Assembly: GCF_009914755.1 (NCBI RefSeq)
Contig: NC_060928.1
DNA from: the human T2T-CHM13v2.0 reference genome, Homo sapiens
DNA: 64,000 nucleotides
Strand: one strand, 5' to 3'
Of the stretch, positions 51,190 through 63,528 are shown piece by piece; the first letter of the stretch is position 1; each line of letters opens with the position of its first letter. The notes under the pieces are model-generated. The model made no database searches. It saw only the letters and a list, made by a program, of their open reading frames with translations, and was not told the DNA's origin. A program made the translations under genes and the position numbers.

Positions 51190-52080
51190 TTCATTATGTT
51201 GAATTCAAACATTGGAGTGACTTTTCCTCCACAAATCTGCTTCTGCTGTAGGCCCTTCCTTAGTTAAGAGTACAAAATGTATTCCCTTGTACAGTTCTTG
51301 CCTGTTTTTTCTTTCTGCTCTACCATGTTTTTAAGTGATCATCTCTTTCCATCCATTCCAAGTTCCAAATATGACTCCTACTTACCCCTTTCTTCCTTCT
51401 GCATTGCTCCTGACTCAGATCAGGTCTTCCTTTGTTTTCCCTCCAGCTCCTCTCCTCCATGGTCTACGGAGGCTTATGCTCCACTACCTGCTTGTAAGTG
51501 CACATAGTTGCCCCAGTGGGCCCTTTATAAAATATCAATACCTTCCACTCAAAACTGCTTCATGTCTTCTTTTTCCGACACCACCTAGAAAGAAATCTTT
51601 ATCTTTTGTTTAATGCTATGACATGAGCCAATATGTGTGTGATGTCATGCCAGCTCCCTCCTGAAAGTTAACTGCCTCATCCCAGAAGATATATGCTCCA
51701 TGTTGTGTGAGTACTGGTACTACTATTTGCCTAGATTATTATTTTGTGTATATTCTAGTGAGACTGCTTATAAATAGAAAGGGAATGGCTTATTTATCTT
51801 GCTATCCAACTGGTGCTTGAGTCCTGGCTCCTTTGTTTACCAGCTCTATGAATTGAGCAAGATATGTGACGTCTGCTTCATCTATAAACAGGTTTTAACT
51901 AAAATCAAATGAGTGAATGCATTTAAAAATCTTAGAATAGTAGATGAGACAGCATGCAAAATTAAAATGAATATAATTGATATTGTTTATGCTATTCTTT
52001 TATTTATATTTTTCTGCATCTATCAGTATATGGCTCAGAGAAGGTACTCAATAAATATTGTTGAATTTAAATGAGAGAAG
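51190..52080 (+). mobile_element. L2 fragments with an inserted MIR (~51810-51990)
   Basis: L2-like pyrimidine-rich body and tail 'gtactcaataaatattgttgaatttaaatga'. MIR core 'gagtcctggctcctttgtttaccagctctatgaattgagcaag...cttcatctataaa'. Confidence 0.55.
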
Positions 52081-53909
52081 CAAGGAGGCTTAATTATTCA
52101 TCAAAGCAAGCAATGATCACCAACATTATTATCATCATTATCATCATCACCTTCAAACATTCAACATGAACAAAATATGTTAGCTAAACAAATGACAAGA
52201 CATACTATTTACATCTACAGTACTTGTAATCAATATGAATATTGTTTCCATATAGCCGTGGTTAATAAGTAATTCAGCATTGTAAATTTGCATAATAGCA
52301 ATGTGTTATGTGACAAGGGCGGAATTATAAATATTTTTATAATTATATTTACAACAAATATATGTCCTAATGTTTCATGGGCAACACCAGTTTTAAAAAC
52401 GGACATTCACCCATTGCATCCAGCAACCTCATAGCACATAAGATACAGGACTTTAATGGTATTGATAATTCAGTTCTGAACATAGGTGGGGTCAAGACAG
52501 GTGTTCATAACATTATTTTATATATATTTTGCATGTCTGAAATAATTTATATTGAAAAAGGAAACATACAATTTCATATAACATTTTCCAACAACAATTT
52601 CCGTCCTTTCTATGCTGAAGCAGCACAAAATTCCAAGTGGAGGATAAGAAAATAAGGGGCCAATAACTTTACTAGTCAACATAGTCATTTCAGCTGACCT
52701 CAACTGATTTATTGAACTTTAATTCAACATTTATCTCTATGAATTAATTGTTACTGGAGCTGTAAAAATTGATAAATATGACTTCTTTTTTTTCCCTCTT
52801 TTTCTTCATTGGTCTAGCGGCTTATTCAGTATGTTCTGAACACACAATGGCTAATATGAATTAATGGTTGAATATAATTACATGTGATTCCATCATACAA
52901 AATTATTGATTGACAACACTGGTTTAATATTATTGAAGGAAATACAGATTTTTAATATTTTGGGATGTAACTTTTATTTAGTCAGAGACGAGAGTTATAT
53001 GCAGGCTCACTTGTTTACTTTTATTAATATGCATGCTTTATGAAATCCTGGTACTGCATCTCTCCCTGTGTAAACTACTTGTCCATTATACCATGCTCTA
53101 AAAATAAAATGCAAAAGCACTCCCTACTTAGACAGCAGGAATTAAGTTTTCTGATTCTAAGTAGTGGTTTTAGGACAGGAATAATTTTGTGTGTTAGTTT
53201 AACCTGTTCTCTGCTTGTATGCTAACAGCTCTTTCTTGCTAAAGATCATATCGACTGAACTGAAATGTATAACTCATATACTGTAGGTACAGACTAAGGA
53301 AAAGCTGAAAGGATAAGGGAAGGACCTTTTTTGACTCAGCTCTTCTTGCTCTTATGTCCTGCTTTATAATGTTTCCTTTCTCTGGACCATCTTCCCCTTC
53401 CCTGAAGCTAACTCCTTACCCTGGACCTCATCATCTCATGACTGAATTATTCCATAGCCTCTTGATTGAAATCTATATTTCTGGTCTTTTCACAAGGCAA
53501 GCCATATTCCATAATGCTGATGTAGGAATTCTGTAAAATATACTATTGTGTGTGCCAGTTCCTTCTTACGTGCTTTTAAATGATTCTATTGCCTACTTGC
53601 AGAATGCCAAATAGGTTCCAGGTGATTACCAGCTCCAGTCTACACTCAGGCTTACCTAGAGTGTTGTGTGGAAATGATCGTGAGTGTGGCTTTCAGAATT
53701 ACCTGGAAAGAGGGCATTGATTGATTAGTGATGTCTGCAACAGAAGTAGAAATGGGAACTTGTAGCCTATACAGAGTGGATTCAAGAACTGTTCCAACAG
53801 AGTGGAATCTACTCTCTCAACATTCTCAAATGGAATGTGTATGTGCCTACACAGAAAAAAAATTACGATTTGAAATAATCGTATGCAATATTCATGAAAA
53901 AGGACAGTA

Positions 53910-54128
53910 TATAGCACTGTTTCCCTAGCTGTGTGAATTACGAGGTGTGTGTTACTAGTTACACAGTGCAAGCTACTTAACCTCTCTATGACTCAGTTTC
54001 CTCATCTGCAACGTGTGAATAATAGGGTTCTTATAAAAACTAAATGTGTAAATTTATGTAAATTATTTAGAGAAATGCCTGATGTATAGCAAGTTTATTC
54101 AAAACATGTGCTCTTATCATTATTATTG
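53910..54128 (+). mobile_element. MIR SINE
   Basis: 'gcaagctacttaacctctctatgactcagtttcctcatctgcaa' is a close match to the MIR core. Confidence 0.85.
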
Positions 54129-54187
54129 TATCTTAAAACAGCTACAGAAGTCTGTTATACACCACACCACTTTGAGAAGGAAACATT

Positions 54188-54715
54188 TCTTTTTGATAGG
54201 CTTTATTTTTTAGAACAGTTTTAAGTTTACAAAGAAATTGCAGAGAAAGAACTGAGAGTTCCCATATAGTTCCTCTCCTTGCTGCACACAGTTTCCCCTA
54301 TTATTAACATTTTTGCATTAGTGCAGTAAATTTGTTACCATTGATGAACCAATATTAATAGGTTATTACTTACCAAAGTCCATAGTTTTCATCAGGGTTC
54401 ACTCTGTGTTGTACAGTTCTGAGGATTTTTACAAATATGTAATGACATGTTTCTATCATTATAGTATCATATAAGACAGTTTAATTTCCCTAAAATGCCC
54501 TGAGTTCCCCATTTTCATCTCTACACCTTTCCCCAATCCCCTGACAACTACTGATATTTTTACTGCTTCTGTAGTCTTAGCTTTTACTAAATGTCATATC
54601 CTTGAAGTAATATAGCGTGCAACTTTTAAAACAGTCTTCTTTCACTTAGCAATATGCATTTAAGGTTCTTTCATTTTTTTGTGTGGTTGATAGCACATTT
54701 ACTTTTATTTTTACA
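54188..54715 (-). mobile_element. L1MC (L1MC1/2-like) 3' end
   Basis: 'tttattttttagaacagttttaagtttacaaagaaattg...gagttcccatata...cacagtttcccctattattaacat...ccattgatgaaccaatatt'. Confidence 0.85.
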
Positions 54716-54774
54716 AGTCACTTGAGTGTTTTAATTAATTAATTACTTTGTTTTTAGTGGTTATTAATTTTATT

Positions 54775-55048
54775 ATCTTTTTAATTTCTTCAAATTTATT
54801 TTAGATTCAGGCGGTACTTTTGCAGATTTGTTACCTAAGTATATTGTAACAAGTGATGCTGAGGTTTGGAGTACAGAAGATGCCGTCACTCAAGTACTGA
54901 GCATAGTACCTAACCGTTTTTCAGCCCCTGCTCACCTCCATTCCCCACCCCAGTCATCCCCATTGTCCATTGTTGCCGTCTTTATGTCCCTGAATACCCA
55001 ATATTTATCTCGCACTTACACATCAGAGTATGTGGTTTTGGATTTTTT
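54775..55048 (-). mobile_element. L1PA15/16-like 3' end
   Basis: 'ttttagattcaggcggtac...gatgctgaggtttggagtac...gagcatagtacc...attgttgccgtctttatgtcc'. Confidence 0.85.
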
Positions 55049-55091
55049 GAAGAAAATTGTTGAAAATATGTTTCTTACCATGTTTTCACCA

Positions 55092-55210
55092 CCATATATA
55101 CTTACATATATAGATATACATATATCAGTATATATAAATATATAAAATAATGTATATAAATCAATATATATAAATGTTTATATGTATATATACAAGTGTA
55201 TATAAACATA
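55092..55210. repeat. AT-rich (TA)n-derived low-complexity tract
   Basis: Degenerate TA repeats seen directly. Confidence 0.8.
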
Positions 55211-55399
55211 GCTGTGCGGAGAAATTTCTTTTGACACCAGAGAAACAATTGTCAATTATTCGACTTCCTGCCACAGTTAAAATTTAATTAAAAATAATTA
55301 AATACTAAAAATAAAGGAATTGTTTGTGGCGGAAGGAAGAAATTGGTGTTCTAACGCAAGAGGAATTACGAAATGACACCTAGGTAACATATTAGGCAC

Positions 55400-55790
55400 C
55401 ATCCTACTCAAGGCATTGACATTTACTATTTTCTTTGCTTGAAATGCTCTTCCCTAAGTATATTTTTGGTTATGTCTTCTCCATTAAGACTGCCCAGTGG
55501 TCATCACTATGAGAACTTGCACGTCTATTCTCTTGCTAAATGCAATGCCCTTGGTGCTTCATACCCTGCTTCTCTGGAGACATCTTAGGGTGTGTGATTG
55601 TTATTCATGGAAACTGTCAGTTTTCTTAAGTTTATAAAGTCACTTTATATTAAACTATATAGTCTACTATACATTATTTTTATTTATTTTCTGTCTTCCC
55701 ACATTAAAATTTAAGATCTATGAGGACAGAGAACTTTGTTAACTGCTGTATCCACATTGTCTAAAAAATTGGCTTATACTTTTTAAGAGC
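55400..55790 (+). mobile_element. L2 3' fragment carrying a 59-bp insertion
   Basis: 'ctttgcttgaaatgctcttccc' and 'tgtcttcccacattaaaatttaagatctatgaggacagagaactttgttaactgctgtatcc' are L2 3' motifs. Confidence 0.7.
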
Positions 55791-56388
55791 ATAAGAACTA
55801 TATAAAATGTGACTAAAGGGTTTGCTATTTTTGCTGAAATATATAGACATTTTTAGTTGTTTGAATGAAAATATCACTTTTCATTCTCCCACACCATATG
55901 TAGGGGTCTTGATTTTACCACTGGAGGCTTGAGGAATGGAGTGGGATTTAATAAATAGGCCTTTAGTTTTAGGAAATATTTTGAAATTAATGTGTAGCTG
56001 TGTTAGAAAACCTGTGACTGAAGATTATTCAACAAATAATTGTAATCATTATTATATTAAGTTATTGATACACACAAATGCATCCTTTTATTATTTAATA
56101 AATATTTGGAAATTTTTTTTGAGGAAATATAAGATTTAAAGTCTATCCCAGAAAATATTCACACAAAAAGTCATGGACAGATCTCTGGTCTTATTTGATA
56201 GTGTCTGATGCAGTGAGGAAGATGGCTGAAGGTGAACCTGACCTCAGCTATATTCTACCTTGCACAAGGACAAGGTCAGGGGAAAAGGTAAAAAGCTCTG
56301 GTCCCTTTTTCATCAATAAAAGGCCCTTTTCTGGAGACATCATTGGATGTGTGATTGTTATTCATGGAAACTGTCAGTTTTCTTAAGT
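55573..56388 (+). repeat. Dispersed 59-bp direct repeat (55573-55631 and 56330-56388)
   Basis: 56 of 59 positions are identical, including a perfect 41-mer tgtgtgattgttattcatggaaactgtcagttttcttaagt. Confidence 0.95.
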
Positions 56389-56994
56389 CCACCCTGTAAC
56401 AGGATACATGAGTGACAGACAGTGGACCATTATCTTGACAAGGTAGATCTTTGCTAGCAAAAAGTCAAGGTAAAAGTAAACCTAAAATAAGAGAGTAAGA
56501 TTATTATTTTTGAATTCAGTGTTACTTATAGCTACTGTAAATCCAAAATGCACACTTGTATTTTAACTGTTAAGACTTTCCTTTCCTGGCTCATATTTTG
56601 CCAGGTTATCCAAATGAGCGTGAAGGAAAAGACCAATCATTCAACTGATGATTTAATGGTAATATATGAGGTTTTAACACTGTAGACTTCATATTAAAGG
56701 GATTGTATTTCAGTGTTTTGACATTAAAAGCAGTCATTATAGCTGTTGAATATATTGTTTTTATTTCTCCCCAAGTAATCTTTTCTATAAAGTATGTTAT
56801 CAATGTTAATTAAACAGGGACCATAAAGAGTCCTTAAGTCATTTTTAGAAAATGTCTTCAAAGTGGTTTTATAATACTAGTTAATATATGCTTATAATCT
56901 GAAGAAAATACCATAGTTGCTGTAGAATATAGTAAATGAGGTACCGAACAAATGGTCCTACACATTCTGGATTGAATATATATCATTGTTAAAT

Positions 56995-57405
56995 GCAGGA
57001 GGTTCAACAGAGACTGTTATATGGAATCACATCAGGAAGAGGTGAGGGAAGGAGGACTGGGCAGAGGGAAAGGCTGAACTGTGTTGCGGTTGCAGCACGT
57101 ATTTCAGACGATTGGATGAGCAGCTCTGAAACAGACTGTTTTTCAGATTTATCCCCAGTAAGGCAAGGGATCCAAGCCTTTGCACTCTTTCAACATTCAA
57201 CCACTGGTTGTAAGCTACCTCCCGAAGGACGGTGGTGGGATAAGGGTGTATAACGTTACAAGAGACAACCTTCTTTATTGATTGACAATTTCCAGAGCGA
57301 AAGATGTCGCTCTACGCCACAAGCAGCCAACATTCCTGACAATTGGGAAAATGACAGTCTCAGTCCAAAGAAGGACCTGGGTGCCAAATCACAGCATCCA
57401 TTACA
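56995..57405 (-). mobile_element. LTR16 (LTR16C-like) ERVL 3' LTR
   Basis: The reverse complement begins 'tgtaatggatgctgtgatttggcacccagg' and contains 'gcaaccgcaacacagttcagcctttccctctgcccagtcc'. It is preceded on the minus strand by the PPT-like 'aagtggac'. Confidence 0.8.
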
Positions 57406-57689
57406 GTCCACTTATTGCTTCAAGCCGTGAGTTTACCCCATCTATAAACAGCTTCCTTGTGGTTTAAGGTGGTTCTTTTCCAAGGGTAACTTACAAGAGG
57501 AAAGTTAATAAGACAAACAAAGCTCATAATGGTGCTGGTCCTAAAGGCATAACTTAGTACTTACCATCTCTCTTCTCTACTACCTATTCCAGATTCCTCT
57601 CGCTATTTGTCAGCACATTGCCTAGTCTAGGTGGCTCACTTGGATGGGTTGCCCAAATATCATCTTTAAAAGATCTGAGCCCTGGTCAC

Positions 57690-58108
57690 TGTGGAATCCT
57701 AATTAGGCAAAAGGAGTCAGGCTGGTGGGAGTAGGGGAAAGCGAAGACAGAAAGGAGATAAGCTACAAGTCTGCCTTTCTTCAAGATCCAGGACACACAG
57801 CCCTCCTGTGCAAGTAACTCACAATCTCTCTGTGCCCAACTATCACAAGACACCTGCAAGTTAGCTCACTGCAACCTTGGCATTATCAGTACTGCAGAAA
57901 GCTCTCTTTGACAGACAGCATAAACACTAACCTATAAATCTCCAGCAAGCCTTTGTTTCTTTACAGTCAGTCAGTTTCCGGCAGCCCGTTCTCTCTCTGG
58001 CAACATATTTTCCTACTTTCTCTAATAAATCTGCCTTCCTTTCCCTATAGCTGTCTTAGTAAATTCTTCTTTTACCCCCACTCCATCAGCTGTCGTTGCC
58101 CCGCAACA
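57690..58108 (+). mobile_element. LTR47A-like solo LTR inserted in the ERVL internal region
   Basis: 'tgtggaatcctaattaggcaaaaggagtcaggctgg' start, TATA-like 'cctataaatc', AATAAA, and an end at 'gcaaca'. 5-bp TSD gtcac/gtcgc. Confidence 0.85.
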
Positions 58109-59177
58109 GTCGCCAGGTACTTTTCAGGCTGTGACAGCTGCACCTGTCCATTTGCTGTTATAATTAGACACAGGAGTATGAAGAAATTCTCCTATGAATC
58201 ATTAGGGTGCCAAAATTACTATTTCTGCCTCTGATGATCAGGGTCAGCTATCTACAAGACAGTTCATCCTTTCTTTGACAGCTAGTTTCCTGGCATAAGA
58301 AGCACCAAGTGACTGGAAGTCAGCAACAGCTTAAAGTTTAATAGTTTCATAAAAGCTCTGGCAGAAGCGTACCCTTCCTTTTGAGAACTAGGTCTTCTAG
58401 ACATGCCGAGACTAGAAGTACCGAGACAAGAAACAAATTCAAGTGTGCCACTACTATTTACTTCCACCTTTGTTTCACAGACCCATGCATTCTAAATATT
58501 ACAATTGCTGGTACCCAGCCCTCACAATCTGTCATTTATTGCCACCCCAAATTTTTCTCCAAAAGTTTGTTCCATTTGCACTACTAGGCCAGTAGCTTCT
58601 AAATGGTATGGTAGGTGACAGGCTAGAGAGATTCCATGGCCATGTGGCCATTGCTCCCTCCATTTATTTAAAGTGGATCTCTTGATTCCATGGGATGTTA
58701 TGTGGGATAATGTGTTGGTTGAAATAATACTTGCAAGGCTTACTTATAACATAAGCCTTCAGATAGTTGCTAGTTGAGACAGTAAAGGCAAAAAAGGAAA
58801 GCCTACATTTGGGTTCATCCCAGTTAAAATGAACTGCTGCTCCTTCTAGGGTGGAAGAAGTCCTATGTAATTGACTTACTCCTAAGTCCTTATTGCTTGT
58901 AGGTTGGACATTTGTCAGTGACAGTAGCTAGTTTAGCATTACTGAGTGGAAGCTCCTAGAGTTAAGCTCATGCATAGCCTCCATGCCTGCCCCCTAGCTA
59001 CAGCATTAATTAGCCCATGACAGCAGTGCTGGGACAGCAAAGACAGCCTCCGCTGATGACAGTTTGCCAGGTCGTTTGATATAGTTCTTGTACAGTGCCC
59101 CTTCCACAGTGGATATCTCTGATGGGCATTAATATGCTATACAGATAGAGTCACAGTTTGTTTGCACTCTCATTGAT

Positions 59178-59180
<3 letters not shown>

Positions 59181-59247
<67 letters not shown>
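59181..59247. repeat. (TA)20 microsatellite fused to a T27 tract
   Basis: Seen directly. Confidence 0.97.
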
Positions 59248-59777
59248 CCTTCACTAGAGCTTCCTGTCTGATATTCCAATATTCCTCCCTCTGGGACCCT
59301 AACAGCCACACTATTTTCTATCGATGATAGGTCTATATATATTTTCTTACCTCAGGCTATCTTCTTCCCACACAAACTGGATGACCTGTTGTACTGCCTA
59401 AAATTCTGCTAATTGGAAAGAATTCTCACTACTAAATTTTAGAATTGCCCTGAATTGTACAACAGCAGTCTAATTATGGTGGTTTCCCACATACCAAATT
59501 ATCCCATCCAAAAACCAGGCTTGAACGTGTCCACTTTTGTCAGATAGGTGGAGACACAGGCATGAGGTGATACAAAGGTACCAGTGAAGCAGGGGTGGGT
59601 GGTATGGATATCTTGGTCACATCTTTGCATACTTTACTTGGATCCTTGTTCTTAGCCTTGCCTGTGCCCAATCCCAGATGTAACATAAACATAGTACGGA
59701 CGATTCCTGCCGAAGCCACCTGGTCCTATGACTTGGTGAATCTGATAAAATCCAGCTCATATTGTAAGCTCTGGTAG

Positions 59778-60149
<372 letters not shown>

Positions 60150-61449
60150 AGAAATTTTTTTTAAAGGAGAGTATTATTTTCTCCTTCAGATCCAGTAGCT
60201 TAGAAGCTACATGGCGATCCTCTTATTGGGTTTTGTCACGAATGCCAAACAACATCTTCTTTTTAAATCTGGGATACTTTTTATACTATAATATCCACCA
60301 GGTTATGTACCTTGAGAGGTAAGACTGCTTGCGCCACTGCCTAGACCTGCTGTGTTCCTGCTCTGTGCCTGCTCAGAGATGGCACTCTTGTTTGCCAATC
60401 AGTAATGGTTAGACCAATATTCCCAAGGGGTATATGCTATCTCAAGAATCCAGGACAGCTTTTCGGGCATTGTGCTTCTATTTTAGTGGTGGGGGAGATG
60501 AGATCTGATAATTTGCTAGTTACTCTAAAGGTATGAGATGTAGCAATGTGCTCTTTACCATGGCATTCTTGGAACATGGAATCACTAAAAATCTCAGTGA
60601 TATGGTGGGTCCTTGAACCTTCATAGGATCTTTTTTTCTCCTATTTTCTGGAGCTTATATGTCTCATAATAAATGTCTTTACCAAGCTAGTCACTGACTC
60701 ATCCATATAAATTTGCATGGTGTTGATGCTATATAGTCAAGTGGATCTGTGTAATGTAGTGAAAAAGTCTGGATAGGACAGTTTGCTTTGGACTGTATTA
60801 TCACAGAGCATAGGAGACTTAATACAGCCTGAAGCAAGAATGTCAATATATACTATTCTGCTTTCCCTGCAGATGTGAACTTCTGTTCCTTTTGTTCCTG
60901 ATGAGGATGGAAAAAATGCATTTATAAGATTAATGGGCACATATTATGTACCTGAGAGCATATTTACCTGCTGCAGCAAAATTCTTTTGATATGTTCATA
61001 AAAAATAAGCCAACTAATTTCCTCTCAAAAAACTAAAAGACACTGAAAATGTTATAAAATAAACTACATAGGATCCACGAATGATCTTTACTAAATAGAA
61101 CATCATCAAATATTGAAAATGCTGTCATGTGGAAAAGGAATTGAACTGATACTGAGTGAGCACAAGGCATAAAATCATGACCAATGTACAGAGAGATGGA
61201 TTTTATTTCAATACATGGAGGAATTTTGTAGCTGTGTTGTACAAGGATGGAATGGGTGACTTGCGAGGTAGATCATTCCCTGATATTGTAAGTCTTTTAA
61301 CAAGAGTTTGACAGCCTCTCGAAGCATGTAGTTGTGGTACAAGCTGCAGAATATTTTGTGTAAGTGATTTTTGAGAATACTTTCAATGCTGAGGTTATAT
61401 AAATCTAACATATTCTCTACGGGCAGTGATAATATTCAGATATTCACTT

Positions 61450-61530
61450 ACATGTTCATTCATTTGAAAAACATGTATTGAGCATTTGCAGTGTGCTAGG
61501 GCTAGGGATGAGATATTTTTGTTGGCTTTG
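61450..61530 (-). mobile_element. L2 3' tail fragment
   Basis: 'ttcattcatttgaaaaacatgtattgagcatttgcagtgtgctagg' is the antisense L2 terminus. Confidence 0.65.
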
Positions 61531-61879
61531 TTTCCTTCAATAACTATAATAAAAAAGTTTCTGCTATTTGGGAAATACATCATACTGTCAAACACCAAAG
61601 AGACTTTGAACCTTCAATGTTAATACGTAGTTATGTTTGCATTTATTCATATACACAAATTTAATATTTCAAATATGTATTTCAGTTCTTTCCAAAAAAT
61701 AAAAAGGTAATCATGAATAAAATGTTTTAAGACCTCAGTACTAGTTAGAAACTGGCTAATTAAAAATATTCGTATTTTAATTTGGAAGATTCTGCTAATG
61801 ATAATATATAATGGGGGTATATCTCCATGTATCGTGAGTACAATTTTTAGAATCTATTTGCAAACTCCTCTTTACCAGC

Positions 61880-62632
61880 TGTCTTAGTCCGTATGTGCTG
61901 CTGTAACAGAATACCACAGACTGGGTAGCTTATAATAAACAAATTAATTTTTCTCACGGTTCTGGAGGCTGAGAAGGCCAAGATCAAGGTCCTGGCCATT
62001 TTGGCTGGCTGGTGAGGGCTGCTCTAGGCTTCCAAGATGGCTGCTTGTTGTCACGTCCTCCAGAGGAGACTGGTGTGCCCTCACATAGTGGGAGGTGGAA
62101 GGGCAAGCTAGCCACACGCTACCTTGAAGCCTCTTTTTTTTTTTCTTTTATTTAAGGGGTACATACACAGGCTTGTTAGATGGGTAAATTGCATGTTGTT
62201 GAGGTTTAAGGTACGAATGATCTCATCACCCAGATATTAAGCAGAGTACTTGACAGGTAGTTTTCCAATCCTCAGACCTCCCTCCCTCCCACTTCTAGTA
62301 GTCAACAGTGTCTATAGTTGCCATCTTTATGCCCACGTGTACCCAATGTTTAGCTCCCACTAAGAAGTGAGAACATGCGATACTTGGTTTTCTGTTTCTG
62401 CATTCGTTTGCTTTGGATAATGGCCTCCAGCTGCATCCATGTTGCAGCAGAAGACAAGATTTTTGTTCTTATTTATGTTGAAGCCTCTTGTATAAGGGCC
62501 TTTATCTCATTCAAGTGAGGAGGAGCCCTCATAACCCAGGCACCTCTCAAAGCCCCCACCTTTTAATACCATCTAATTGGCCATCAAATTTTAACACTTG
62601 AATTTTGAAGGGGACACTTTCAAATCATAGCA
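61880..62632 (-). mobile_element. MSTC/MSTD-like MaLR solo LTR interrupted by L1
   Basis: tgtcttagtccg...ttcaaatcatagca with a perfect 5-bp TSD CCAGC (61875-61879, 62633-62637). Confidence 0.9.
62136..62477 (-). mobile_element. L1PA15/16-like 5'-truncated insertion
   Basis: Antisense L1PA 3' UTR. Perfect 12-bp TSD ttgaagcctctt (62124-62135, 62478-62489). Confidence 0.92.
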
Positions 62633-63084
62633 CCAGCTTTATGGAAAAATACTACAGTTATGGTGTCCTTTATGAACTGCAACAGACATATCCAGCCTTT
62701 GTTTTGCAAGGAATTCCCAGTGAAGTCCCAGACAAAAAAAAAAAAAACAAAAAACAACTGTTCTTAACATCTTTATAAGCAAGAAAATATAATATATATT
62801 TAGAAATCTTGTTTAATGTGATGTCAACATTTCTTTTTTTATAACATTTCAAAATATTTAATTTTTATCATTTTACTTTGCACTCTTCTTACATGGTTCC
62901 TGTTTCATGAAAATAGGATCTTTCAAACTGTGCTTTTCTTAACATTATGCATATAAACTTTCCAATTCTCTGGGAAACTCCTTATAGACATTTAAAGTTT
63001 TTATAAAGATGCTTTCAATGACTATTAAATGTTATCAGATCATTTTATAACATTTCCCCTTATTTTTGTTTGGTTTTATGTGTT

Positions 63085-63252
63085 GTATGTATATATATGT
63101 GTGTATATATGTATATATTTGTGTATATATTTATGTATATATGTGTACTTATATGTATATAAGTATATATTTATGTATATATGTATACATATATGTATAT
63201 AAGTATATATGTATATATGTATATATAAGCATGTACTTGCATATATTTATAT
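63085..63252. repeat. (TATATG)n-type low-complexity repeat
   Basis: Degenerate TATATG/TATA repeats seen directly. Confidence 0.9.
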
Positions 63253-63317
63253 TTTACCTTTAAAATATTATTTATACTATATTCCTTTTATGAATTTTTT
63301 ATCTTTCATCCTGAAAA

Positions 63318-63484
63318 TAGGACTCTTTAACCAAGAATTTATAGATGGTCACATGGAAGTTTGTGAGCTTCCTAAATTTGTATGGAAACATTATGTCTAT
63401 ATTCATACTTTTCTAAAGAGAGGATCTGTTTATCTTTAATCAAATTCTCAAAGAGTTCCACACTGCAAACAAGAAACAATTACA
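63318..63484. mobile_element. MER117-like hAT-Charlie MITE
   Basis: 'ttttctaaagagaggatctgtttatctttaatcaaattctcaaagagttcc' resembles MER117 as I recall it. Confidence 0.55.
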
Positions 63485-63528
63485 TAATATTATTCTTTAC
63501 TCAATATTTACTTCCCTGTGTTTTTAAC

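Noticed and set aside
63066-63263. YVYI-repeat ORF
   Set aside because: Translation of the (TATATG)n simple repeat.
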